This document shows, piece by piece, positions 1 to 11,696 of a stretch of DNA of 64,000 nt (position 1 is its first letter; each line of letters begins with the position of its first letter). The stretch lies in contig NC_086103.1 of the NCBI RefSeq assembly GCF_963921235.1, forward strand, positions 19,468,001 through 19,532,000, read 5' to 3'. The position numbers and the translations under genes are program-made. Under the pieces are notes generated by a model that did not search any database, was not told where the DNA came from, and saw only the letters and a list, made by a program, of their open reading frames with translations. The DNA comes from Mobula hypostoma. Its lineage: Eukaryota.

Positions 1-539
1 TGGACCTTACAGATAGAGGGAGAATTTATTTTCTGAATTAATCAAAAACAAGTGATACTCCAATTTTCTAGCGGGTGAATTGGTAAGGTAATGCACTATA
101 TTGCACATGAGGAAAGTTAGTAATTGAAGAGGATTAATACTTTTCCAGCTTTGCAATTTTCATTTTTGATTTTTAGTCAAATGTTGACAGGTTTTGGAAT
201 TTTTCATTTGATTTGGCATGATACGTAATATTTTGTAGATTAGCTCAAAAATCCTGCTTCAATTTTGAATTTAGAAATGGAGGTGGTAAACTGTGGAGGC
301 TGAATAATTTTCTAGGCACAGAAGGTGACATAGACAGATGGAAGGCAGAGGTGATTTGGATGAACAGGCCTGGTGAAAGCAAGTGTTTTCTGAACAAATG
401 GTTTAAGTTCTGGTATTGACTGATTCATTCACTCACTGAATGCATTTCTTATGTGATTGCTCGAACAATGACCAAGTCAGGAAGCTCCAGAGTTCACGAG
501 CACCATGGAAGGAAAGTCATGTGAGAAATGGCTAATTAT

Positions 540-815
540 GCATTTCAGAGATGTGAATACACAGGATCAGATAAAGCTACATCGGGTTGTAAATTCAGCC
601 AGCTGCATCTTGGGCTTAACCCTCCTCAGCATCAAGCGCATCTTCCAGAGCTGATGCCTTAAGAGGTTGGCATCCATCATTTAGGACCCCCACATCACGG
701 AAATGCACTTTGCACATCTCTACCATCAGGGAAGAGGTGCAGCAACCAGAAAACATACTGTTTTAGGAACAGCTTCTTCCAGTCTGCTAAACATTTCTAA
801 ATGGACAATGAACCA
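540..815 (+). mobile_element. Rex1/Babar-type LINE 3' fragment
   Basis: Degenerate match to the C-terminal region seen in the copies at 29680-30545 and 37500-38600. Confidence 0.6.
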
Positions 816-839
816 ATCAGTAGCACTAGCCTGACAGTT

Positions 840-1520
840 GTAGAAGATGATTGCCTCTTTGACAGGAGGTCTGTACCTAGTGGAGTTCCACATGGATCAG
901 TGCTGGGTCCGTTATTATTTGTCATCTACATCAATCTCTGGATGTAAACATGGCTAACTGGATCAGCAAATTTGACACCAAGATGAGGGTGGACTGGACT
1001 ATCAGAGCTTGCAGTTAGATCTGGAGCAGCTGGGGAAATAGGCTGAAAAATAGCAGATGGAATTTAATGCAGAGGAGTGTGAGGTGTTGCACTTTGGGAG
1101 GACCGACCTGGATAGCTTTTACACGGTGAAAGGAATGACACTGAGGTGCGCTGTAGAACAAAGAGATCTGGGAGTACAAGTCCAAAATTCATTTAAAATG
1201 GCCTCATAGGTAGATCAAGGTGTAACAAAGGTGTTTGACATATTGGCCTTCATTAATCAAAATATTGACGACAGAAGTTGGGATGTCTTGTTTAAGTTGC
1301 ATAAGATATTGGTGAAGCCTAATTTGGAGTATTGTACAAGGTTGGTCATCGACTTGCAGGAAAGATGTAAATAAGTTTGGAAGAATACAGAGATATTTAC
1401 AAGTATGTTGCTGGGACTGGAGTACCTGAGTTCCAAGGAAAGATTGAATAGGTTTGGACTTTATTTCCTAGAATGTAGAAGGCTGAGGGGAGATTTGATA
1501 GAGGTAAACAAAACTATGAG
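840..1520 (+). mobile_element. Old CR1 LINE RT fragment
   Basis: Degenerate SGVPxGSVLGPLLFVIYIN region through to the C-terminal RT/tether region. It ends abruptly at 1520. Confidence 0.75.
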
Positions 1521-4500
1521 GACAAACAACATTGGACCCAGTACAGATCCCTGAGGCACACCACTAGACACTGGCCTCCAATCTGACAAACAGTTATCCA
1601 CCAATACTCTCTGGTGTCTCCCATCCAGCCACTGCTGAATCCATTTTACTACTTCAATATTAATACCTAATGATTGAACCTTCCTAACTAACCTTCCATG
1701 TGGAACCTTGACAAAGGCCTTACTGAAGTCCATATAGATAACATCTACTACTTTACCCTCGTCAACTTTCCGAGTAACCTCTTCAAAAAATTCAATAAGT
1801 TTTGTCAAACATGACCTTCCACACACAAATCTATGTTGACTGTTCCTAATCAGAACCTGTCTATCCAGATGATTATATATACCATTTCTAAGAATATTTT
1901 CCATCAACTTACCCACCACTGACGTCAAACTCACAGGCCGATAATTGGTAGGTTTTCTCTTAGAACCCTTTTTAAACAATGGAACAACGTGAGCAATACA
2001 CCAATCCTCCAGCACCATCACTGTTTCTAATGACATTTGAAATATTTCTGTCAGAGCCCCTGCTGTTTCTACACTAATTTTCCTCAAGGTCCTAAGGAAT
2101 ATCCTGTCAGGTCCCGGAGACTTATCCACTTTTATATTCCTTAAAAGCACCTGTACTTCCTCTTCTTTAATCATCACAATTTCCATAACTTCCCTACCTG
2201 TTTCCCTTACCTTACACAATTCAATTTCCTTCTCCTTAGTGAATACCGAAGAAAAATTGTTCAAAATCTCCCCCATCTCTTTTGGTTCCACACATAGCTG
2301 TCCACTCTGATTCTATAAGGGACCAATTTTATCCCTCACTATCCTTTTGCTATTATACCACTGACGTCAAACACATAGGCCGATAATTGGTAGGTTTTCT
2401 CTTAGAACCCTTTTTAAACGGAGGGTAATATAACCGTAGAAACCCTTTGGATTATTTTCACCTTACTTGCCAAAGCAACCTCATATCTTCTTTTAGCTTT
2501 TCTAATTTCTTTCTTAAGATTCTTTTTACTTTCTTTATATTCCTCGAGCACCTCATTTACTCCATGCTGCCTATATTTATTGTAGATATCTCTCTTTTTC
2601 CGAACAAAGTTTCCAATATCCCTTGAAAACCATTGCTCTCTCAAACTTTTAACCTTTCCTTTCAACCTAACAGGAACATAAAGATTCTGTACCCTCAAAA
2701 TCTCACGTTTAAATGAGCTCCAATTTTCTCTTTCATCCTTCCCATAAAACAAATTGTCCAAATTCACTCCTTTTAAATCCTTTTGCATCTCCTCAAAGTT
2801 AGGCTTTCTCCAATCAAAAATCTCAACCCTGGGTCCAGACCTATCCTTCTCCATAATTATATTGAAATTAATGGCATTGTGATCACCGGACCCGAAGTGC
2901 TCCCCAACACTTACCTCCGTGACCTGCCCTATCTCATTCCCTAACAGGAGATCCAACACTGCCCCTTCTCTAGTTGGTACCTCTATGTATTGCTGCAAAA
3001 AACTATCCTGCACACATTTTACAAACTCCAAACCTTCCAGCCGTTTTAAAGTATGGGCTTCCCAGTCTATGTGTAGAAAATTAAAATCTCCCACAATCAC
3101 AATCTTGTGCTTACTACAAATATCTGCTACCTCCTTACACATTTGCTCCTCCACTTCTCACTCCCCATTAGGTGGTCTATAATACACCCCTACAAGTGTT
3201 ACCACACCTTTCCCATTCCTCAATTCCACCCAAATAGTCTCCCTAGATGACCCCTCTAATCTATCCTGCCAGAGCACCGCTGTAATATTTTCTCCAACAA
3301 GCAATGCAACACCTCCCCCTCTTGTCCCACCAATTCTATCACACCTGAAGTAATGAAATCCAGGAATATTTAGTTGCCAATCACACCCCTCCTGCAACCA
3401 TATTTCACTAATAGCTACAACATCATATTTCCAGGTATCAATCCATGCTCTAAGCTCATCCACCTTTCTTACGATGCTCCTCGCATTAAAATAAATGCAG
3501 TTAAGAAATTTTCCACCTCTTACTCTCTGTTTATCACTAATGGTTCAAACAACTTTACTATTTTCTTTTTCTTCCTTCTCCCCTACATCTGTTCCTACAC
3601 TCTGTTTCCCCTCTCCCCTTGTATCTAGTTTAAATCTACTGGAGCCTCTAGCAAACCTACCTGCAAGAATATTTGTCCCCCTCCAGTTCAGATGTAAACC
3701 GTCCTGCCGGAACAGGTCCCACCTTCCCTGGAAAACTGCCCAATTATCCATAAATCTGAAGCCCTCCTTCCTGCACCATGTCTTTAGCCACATGTTGATC
3801 TGCACTATCTTACTATTTCTAAACCCGCCTGCACATGCCACAAGTAGCAATCCTGAGATTGCTATCCTGGAGGTCTTGTCCTTTAACTTGGCACCTAACT
3901 CCTTGAACTCACCTTTCAGGACCTCCTCACTCTTCCTACCCACATCATTGGTCCCTACATGGACCACGATATCTGGCTGCGCACCCTCCTTCTTGAGAAT
4001 ACTGAGAACTCGATCCGAGATATCACGGACCTTGGCACCAGGGAGGCAACAGACCATCCGGGATTCTCGATCTCTTCCACAGAACCTCTTATCTGTCCCT
4101 CTAACTATCAAATTCCCTATCACTACTGCTCTCCTCTTTTCCCTCCTTCCCTTCTGAGCTGAGGGTCCCGTCTCGGTGCAAGAGATGCAACCACTGCAAC
4201 TTGTCCCTGGTAGGTCGTCCCCATCAACAGTATCCAAAACGATGTACTTATTATTGGTGGGAATGGTCACAGAGGTGCTCTGCTCATTCTGTCTATTCCC
4301 CTTCCCTCTCCTGACAGTCACCCAGCTACCTGTCTCCTGACTCTTAGGGGTGTCTATCTCTCTGTAACTCCTGGTTATTTCTGCCTCTGCCTCCCGAATG
4401 ATCCGAAGTTCATCCAGCTCCAGCTTGAGTTCCCTAACTCGGTGTGTCAGGAGCTGCAGCTGGATGCACCTTTTACAAGTGTAGTCATTAGGGACAATTG

Positions 4501-4795
4501 TGCTCGCCCTGACTTCCCACATACAGAGCACTAAACTGCCCTAACTACTGCCTCCATTACCTACTCTTAAGGTAATTAGATTTATTAAAGGAACTTACCC
4601 GGCCTTACCTCACTTGGAGTGAAATTCCTCGTTAGCCTCTGCTCGCTGAAGCCTCTCGAACCAAAACCTTCCTACTCTGTCTCCCTCTACTCCGTCGCCC
4701 GCTCCGTTAGTCTGCTCACTTTTTAACTCTCCCGCTGCCTCACGGTCTTTCATGCGCTTGCGCAGTCGTACCCTGTTCAACTGCCGAAGAAATCA
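1521..4795 (-). mobile_element. CR1 LINE with 5'UTR, ORF1 and frameshifted ORF2, 3'-truncated in RT
   Basis: ORF1 3545-4531 has the Cys-rich N-terminus and an SGNH-esterase-like region (HVGTND, DGLHLN). Endonuclease pieces are 3158-3463 and 2414-3154. RT piece 1461-2291 has NYRPVSLTSVVGK, YMDFSKAF and GVPQGSVLGP. Confidence 0.92.
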
Positions 4796-4974
4796 CCGTT
4801 CACTATTACTATTACCATTACTGTAACACTATTACTGTAACAGATGAGATGGAATTCACTGTGATCTGTAAATGAGTGATAAAGTGTGTAACATTTATTA
4901 TATCGACCTGCATGAAAGAGAGGAGAACTCGTTAAAATGTTAAAATGTCATTCGGTAGCGAGTGATGAGAAGCC

Positions 4975-5610
4975 TCCATAAAACCATCAGACATAGGAGC
5001 AGCATTAGGCCATTCAGCCCGTCGAGTCTCCTCTGCCGCTACATCATGTCTGATTTATTATCCCTCTCAAATCCATTCCTCTGCCTTCTCCTATTAACCT
5101 TTGATGCCCTGACTAATCAAGAACATATCAATCACCGCTTTAATTTAATTCAACAGATTCAACACACTCTGGCTGAAGAGGTACCTCTTCATCTTTGTCC
5201 TAAGTGGATGATCCTTTATTCTGAGTCTGTGCCCTCTGGTCCTAGACTCTCCCACTATCAGAAACATCCTCTCCACATCCACTCTGACCAGCCTTTACAA
5301 TGTTCAATATGTTTCAATGAGACCTCCCTCGTTCTTCTAAACTCCAGAGAGGATAGGCCTCGAGTCATCAGGTACTCCTCGTTCTTAACCCTTTCATTCC
5401 CAGAGTGATTCTCATGACACTCCTCTGGACCCTCTCCAAAGCCAGAATATCCTTTCTGAGATAAGGGGCCCGAAATTGCTCACCATTCTCCATGTCCAGT
5501 CTGAATAATGTCTTATAAAGCCTTGACATCCTTGCTTTTATACCCTAATCCTCTCAAAATCAATGCTGACATTGAATTTACCTTCCTTACCACTTAATCA
5601 GCTGGAGGCT
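4975..5610 (-). mobile_element. CR1 3' fragment
   Basis: Antisense CR1 3' end (ataggagcagcattaggccattcagccc) plus C-terminal ORF2 remnants. Confidence 0.7.
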
Positions 5611-6121
5611 AACCTCTAGGGAATCCTGCACGAAGACTATTGAGGCCCTTTTTAGTTAATGACTTGTAATGATGCAATTTGAAATAGTTCCCACCATAGA
5701 TTTTCTCCTCCTGATCTATGTGTTATTATCCTCAATGTCCTCTCATTGCCCGATCTCCGTCAGGAGTTTAAATGGCAGGGAAACAGATCCTTCGGTTCAG
5801 CTCTTCCACCCTAAACAAGATATTACACAAATGGGATGAGCTTAGATTGGCAAGGACAAGATGTACTGAAGAGCATGTTTCCATTCTCTACGACTCCATG
5901 GTTTTCAGACTGCCAACGTCTCCTCCTTCATACTGTTGATATGTATCAGGATATCACTGTTTTCTGGCCTGAATTCATTAATTTCCATGTCCTCTGCATG
6001 GTAAATACTGATGAGTATCCACACAGACCTGGCCATGAACTCTTCCTGTACTATCTTTAACAACCTCCTACCAGACAAATATATTCCAGCCCAATTCCTA
6101 CAGTGAGCTAACAGCACTTAC

Positions 6122-6391
6122 CCGTGTCAACAGTAAAATCTGCTTGCCCTGTCCCAACAATGTTTCTGTTTTCCCGCACTTCACACTGATACAACTTCCC
6201 ATCCTCCACTGTAACGTGTCGGACAATCAGATAGACGGTGTTATTCAGGCGGATCTGATCAGTGTTTCTCCTGTTCTGCTGGGATGAGCCCACTGGTTTC
6301 CAGTGGAGACTGACGGTATCTGGGAGTCTGGAGATGGTACAGCTGAGGGTGACGTCACTGCCCATTACAGGTGATCGTGGATTTGCTACAA
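6122..6391 (-). CDS. Gene 2 C2-type Ig exon, intact (90 codons; paralogue of 59088-59354)
   Basis: Acceptor ttctcacag|TT and donor ACGG|GTAAGT. VVANPRSPVMGSDVTLSCTISRLPDTVSLHWKP...KLYQCEVRE retains both Cys. Confidence 0.88.
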
Positions 6392-7783
6392 CTGTGAGAA
6401 ATAAGACCATAAGTCAAAATGTCACAGGAGCAGAATTAGACAATTCTGACATTTGTGTCTGTTCTGCCATTCTATCATGGCTGACTTACTTCCTTTTGCA
6501 GGGCCTTTCACCTCCCTTCTCCCTGTAACCTTTCACACCCTAACTAATCAAGAACCTATTAACCTTTAAATATATCCAATAACATGATCTCCACAGCCAC
6601 CTGTGGCAATGAATTCCATAGATTCTGCACCCTCTTGCAAAAGAAACTCCTCCTCATCTCTGTTCTATGGGACATTCTTGTAGTCTGAGGCTGTGCCCTC
6701 TGGTCCTATACTTTCCCACTATCTCCCACTATATTTGGTGGGTATATTGAATGAGTGGAGTGAGTAGTAACATGTCCAATGATTGGGTTCAAACTGACCT
6801 CAGGAGCTGACTGTGATCAGCCTTGTGTCTTGCTACAGGACAGAGAGAGTGTTGGGTCTCCGACACAGAATAATACAGTGGACACACAAACTCTCAGTCT
6901 GGTTACACCAAATTCAGTGAGACAGAGCAGAGGGAATGAACTCTTTACCACACCTCCTGAACCTGATGGAATGTCAGGGTTCAGCTTAGGGTCAAACAGT
7001 TCGGACACTATCTGTGGATGCCAACCATGGGGTGGTTCCCTGACACAGAGGCCAGTGTTGCTGTCTCACAGCTCCAGTGACCCTAGATCAATCTTGAGCT
7101 ATGTTACTGTCCGGAAATGGCACTTCCTCCCTGAAATCCTGTGGCTTTCATTCAGGTGATCTTCCCGTATCCCAGCCACAGGATGGTTGGTTGCATGGGG
7201 AATGAACCAGTTCAGTCTGACTCCATCTTTGGGTTACTGGCACACTTCATTAAGACCCCACCATCATGTCAAATGATACAGTGTACACAAAACAAACATC
7301 AAAGTGGTGAAAAGCTCAGAAATCATTTAAATCTCTGAAGTCCCAAAATGCACCTTATCATGAGTCCAGTTACTGAGCCTCCATGAGGGACGGCTCTTTT
7401 AGAGAGACTGGTTCTCCAGATGCCTACCCAAAGTTTTCATCAGTACTGATGAAGATGTAATCAGACCTTCAAAGGGTTTCTCAATTGCCCCAATACAAGG
7501 GTGAGTCACCAGTCAGTTTCCATTGCTGAGCTGTACCTCCAGGAGCAGAACTTTCCACCTACACACATCAAAGTTGCTGGTGAACGCAGCAGCAACTTTG
7601 ATGTGTGTTGCTTGAATTTCCAGCATCTGCAGAATTCCTTGTGTTTACGAACTTTCTACCTGTTAGTTTAATTGAGCAGAGACTATGAATCTGACATGAT
7701 CCCAATAAAACTTCCAGTGCTAGAAATTAAATTATTCATGAAGAAGAACATTTTTCACACATCGCATACTTAGTCCCACTTGC

Positions 7784-8130
7784 CCTTGATTCCAAAAATT
7801 TCGTATTGCTTCAGGATTTCATGAGTGGTCTCTGTTTGCGCCAAGATGATAGATCCTGCAAATTTAAAAGTGGGATGCCAAACTATCAAGTCAACAGTAC
7901 CACTGGTGTTGTGCTGTCTATAGTCAGAAAGAAATCCTTCTTTTAGAAGTTTATTTCGCAACGTGGAGTCCACCCTCTGGATGCTTCTTTATAAAATGTC
8001 AGAAGCCGCCATGTGACTTGCTTGGAGCTAGGTTTCCAATTTCAGACAACAGTGCCATTTCCAGGAATGTTTGGTTCAGCTAACAAAATTTTATCTGTCT
8101 TATCAAAAATGTATAAATGATTGGGAGTTT
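7784..8130 (-). pseudogene. Gene 2 Cys-less V exon, disrupted (paralogue of 59675-60019)
   Basis: Acceptor ttttaacag|AA. There is an in-frame TGA at 8044-8042, and the 347-nt length is not a multiple of 3. The 3' half (GTVDLIVWHPTFKFAG...KQYEIFGIK) aligns to gene 1 exon C in a shifted frame. The donor is AAGG|GCAAGT. Confidence 0.8.
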
Positions 8131-8469
8131 CTGTTAAAATGAAGAAACAATGAAAGTGTTTTAGCATGAAATCACAAATGTTTAATTCTACTTCACTCAG
8201 TATTGGTGTTCCATTGGTGCAGTACTACTTTTACTCAATTGATCACAACATAACCCCAAACACAATTTAAATGATAAGTTGGTTCGCATGTACCTGGATA
8301 CATCTCCATGATGAGAATCTATACTGCAGAAGAATTTTTGAAAAATAACATGTGGATTTCTGGCACAGGATGCGTGATGCTTTGCTTTAGTGAATGATGC
8401 TACACAAGGGATTTTGGCTTGGCAAAGGTTTCTAGACCTCTGCTTGGTGCAGATATGTTGTACACCAAA

Positions 8470-11400
8470 GGCAGGATTTTATGTCATTACCCTGCAGCCC
8501 CGGCAAGTTCCTGAACACAGCTCTGTCTTGCACATGCACTTCCACATGTGAATTCACTCACCTGCTGGGCAAATTCCCACAGGCAGTGTGGTGCATGGGG
8601 TGGAGCACCACATTTCCACAACTGGTTTGCCGATCCACACCCTTGTGTGTAGACTAGACTCAGAAAAGCTGGCAGCACAAAGGCCGATTTTGCAAACATG
8701 TAAATGGTTGGCATTTTACGCAGGTCGGGTGGGCTTTGGGGTTCGCCCTCTATATGGTCCCCAAGTCTGATGGTAGTTGCCGTACAAGCGGCAATTACCG
8801 CTGCCTTAATGAGACCACAACCACCGATCATTACCGGGTTCAACATACTCGACTCGAGTCGAGTCGCTTTTTATTGTCATTTTAACCATGAACTGCTGGT
8901 ACAGTACACAGTAAAAACGAAACAGCGTTCCTCCAGGACCACGGTGCTACATGAAACAGCACAAAACTACACGAGAGTAAATGAGATAACACAAGGCTAC
9001 ACTACACTACATAAGATAACACAAAAACTACACTAGACTACAGACCTACACAGGACTACATAAACTGCACAAAACAGTGCAGGGCAGTACAATAAATAAT
9101 AAACAAGACAATAGGCACAGTAGAGGACAAATTACAATACAATAATGAATTATGTAGATGTCAGTCTAGTCTCTGGCTATTAAGGAGTCTGATGGCTTGG
9201 GGGAAGAAACTGTTACATAGTCTGGTTGTGAGAGCCTGAATGCTTTGGTACCTTTTACCAGGTGGCAGGAGGGAGAAGAGTTTGTATGAGGGGTGTGTGG
9301 GGTCCTTCACAATGCTGTTGGCTTTAAAGATGCAGCGTGTGGTGTAAGTGTCTGTAATGGCGGGAAGAGAGACCCCGATGATCTTCTCAGCTGACCTCAC
9401 TATCCACTGCAGGGTCTTGTGATCCGAGATGGTGCAATTCCCGGACCAGACAGTGATACAGCTGCTCAGGATGCTCTCAATACAACCTCTGTAGAATGTG
9501 GTGAGGATGGGGGGTGGGAGATGGACAGAAAGTAGAGACACTGCTGGGCTTTCTTCACTATGGAGCTGGTGTTGAGGGACCAGGTGAGATTCTCTGCCAG
9601 GTGAACACCAAGAAATTTAGTGCTCTTAACGATCTTTACGGATGAGTCGTCGATGTTCAGAGGAGAGTGATCACTCCGTGTCCTCCTGAAGTCAACAACC
9701 ATCTCGTTTGTTTTGTTCACATTCAGAGACAGGTTGTTGGCTCTGCACCAGTCTGTTAGCTGCTGCACCTCCTCTCTGTATGCTGACTCGTCGTTCTTGC
9801 TGATGAGACCCACCACAGTCGTGTCATCGGTGAACTTGATGATATGATTCAAGCTGTGTGTTGCAGCACAGTCGTGGGTCAGCAGAGTGAACAGCAGTGG
9901 ACTGAGCACACAGCCCTGGGGAACCCCCGTGCTCAGTGTGATGGTGTTGGAGATGCTGCTCCCGATCCAGACTGACTGAGGTCTCCCAGTCAGGAAGTCT
10001 AGGATCCAGTTGCAGAGGGAGGTTTTCGGCACATTTAGCCAGAAAGGTAAGTTTTCTCTAAAGTGGACACTCAGAGGCTACCCCCAGGTGCCTGCATCTG
10101 CTGAGGACAATCTCAAAACCACTGTTATAACCCCATTTTTCCTGTTTGAGTTTGGGCTGAAAAATGCAGCACAGACATTCCAGCAACTAATGGACACTGT
10201 GTTAAAAGACTTTCAATTTTCTTTTTGTTTTCCTGGAGGACATACTTGTTGCCAGCACATCCAAAACTGAACACTTACCACACCTCCACATATTTATCAG
10301 GTATTTAAGCCAATATGAACAGATTATTAATCCAGCCAAATGCTAGTTCAGGTTGCCTACTATTGACTTTTCCAGTCAATGCATCTTTGCAAAAGGTGCT
10401 GTCAAAATTTCCCACTATTATGGACTTTTCATGAACCTGCACTACCAAAGCCCTGTAAGAATTTTGAGGTGTGGTGAATTTCTTTCTCCATATCATTTCC
10501 TGAGCTGCTGAACTTATGCTCCACTTCAAAAGTGCCCTTAAAACTAATGCAGCCAATAGCATGCTGTGGCCGATTGCCTCTCATGGCCTGCCCTTGATTG
10601 CACACACATCAGGTTTGATGATGCCAGCAGTTGAGCTGTACAATGTCTCAGCTGGTCTCCCTCCCCTCTAGTGCCTCTGAATTGGAGGCAGACTGTTTTA
10701 AACTCCATTCGAGGCCTCTCACATCTGAGCAGGAAGGCTTCACAGAAAGCGGATGCTTTAAAGTTTGTGTGGCATAGCCTTAGGAAGGACATGCGAGACT
10801 GGAATGCAGCCTGTGTTGTGTGCCATTGGGTGAAGATTAATTGTCATGGGCGGGCACCATCAACACCTTTTGAAGTCCCAGTGTGATGGTTTGACCATGT
10901 CAACGTGGATCTAGTTGGTCCTCTCACCTCCACCCCTGTGGTTTAACGCATCTCCTTGCCATGGTGGACCACACCACCAGGTGGCAAAAGTTAGTCCCTC
11001 CAACGTCAATGACAGCTGCAGACATGGCTCAGCAATTCATCAATACCTGAGTGACTCAGTTCAGCACCTCATCTGATAAATCTTCTGACTGCATTTCCCA
11101 ACTCACACAGACTTCTAGGCTGCAATGGCTCAGAGCCTCTGGGTTAAACTGCATCATGACATGGCATATCGCCCGCAGTCCAATGGCCTGTGTGAGCCAC
11201 TTCAGCATTTCTTAAAGGCTGCTCTCAGGACCTTTCGGATGGAATAGTGTTGGCACCATTGTCTTCCGTCAGTCTGCTGGGGCTCAGAATGGCCACAAAA
11301 GAGGACTTGCAGTGTTCCACTGCAGAGCTGGTTCACAGGCAACTGCTTTGGGTGCAGGGTGATTTTATTCCTGGCACCACAACTGCCTGAAAGGCATCTC

Positions 11401-11644
11401 AGCAGCTTTCTGCCCTCCACAGTAAACTCAATTCTTTTACTCCTATTCCAGCCTCCCATCATGGCATACAGCACTCTTGGGTTCCGATTGATCTAAGTTC
11501 CACCTTGTTCATTTTTCTCCACCATGATGCACATGATTACCCTGTAAGGCCCCTTATGATGGCCTGTTCTGTGTTTTAGAATGGGGCAAAAAGACTTTTA
11601 TTGTTGACTGGAAAGGTAAACTATTATGTATTTCATGTCGCTTT
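8470..11644 (+). mobile_element. Degenerate Ty3/Gypsy pol (RT-RNaseH-INT), split by later insertions; resumes at about 19065-19110
   Basis: HGVEHHISTTG..RLDSEKLAA, SPLYMVPKSDG and FGLKNAAQTFQQLMD are present. The integrase tail RFK at 11640 continues as LTHQD after 19064. Confidence 0.8.
8851..10022 (-). mobile_element. Rex1/Babar-type LINE, 5'-truncated, nested in the Gypsy RT
   Basis: ORFs 9466-10032 ([36 protein letters not shown]) and 9161-9541, with a simple-repeat 3' tail. Confidence 0.88.
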
Positions 11645-11696
11645 AAACTGTTACGAACCCCGTGACAGGAATAAAGAACCAGCAGAGATGGAAAAC

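Noticed and set aside
3495-4157. Long plus-strand ORFs and similar ones at 25381-26142, 27380-28072 and 12417-12989
   Set aside because: They are antisense or shifted-frame shadows of CR1 and Penelope coding regions.
6779-7338. Short ORFs between the two gene 2 exons
   Set aside because: No recognisable domain or splice pattern. Probably intronic or decayed repeat.
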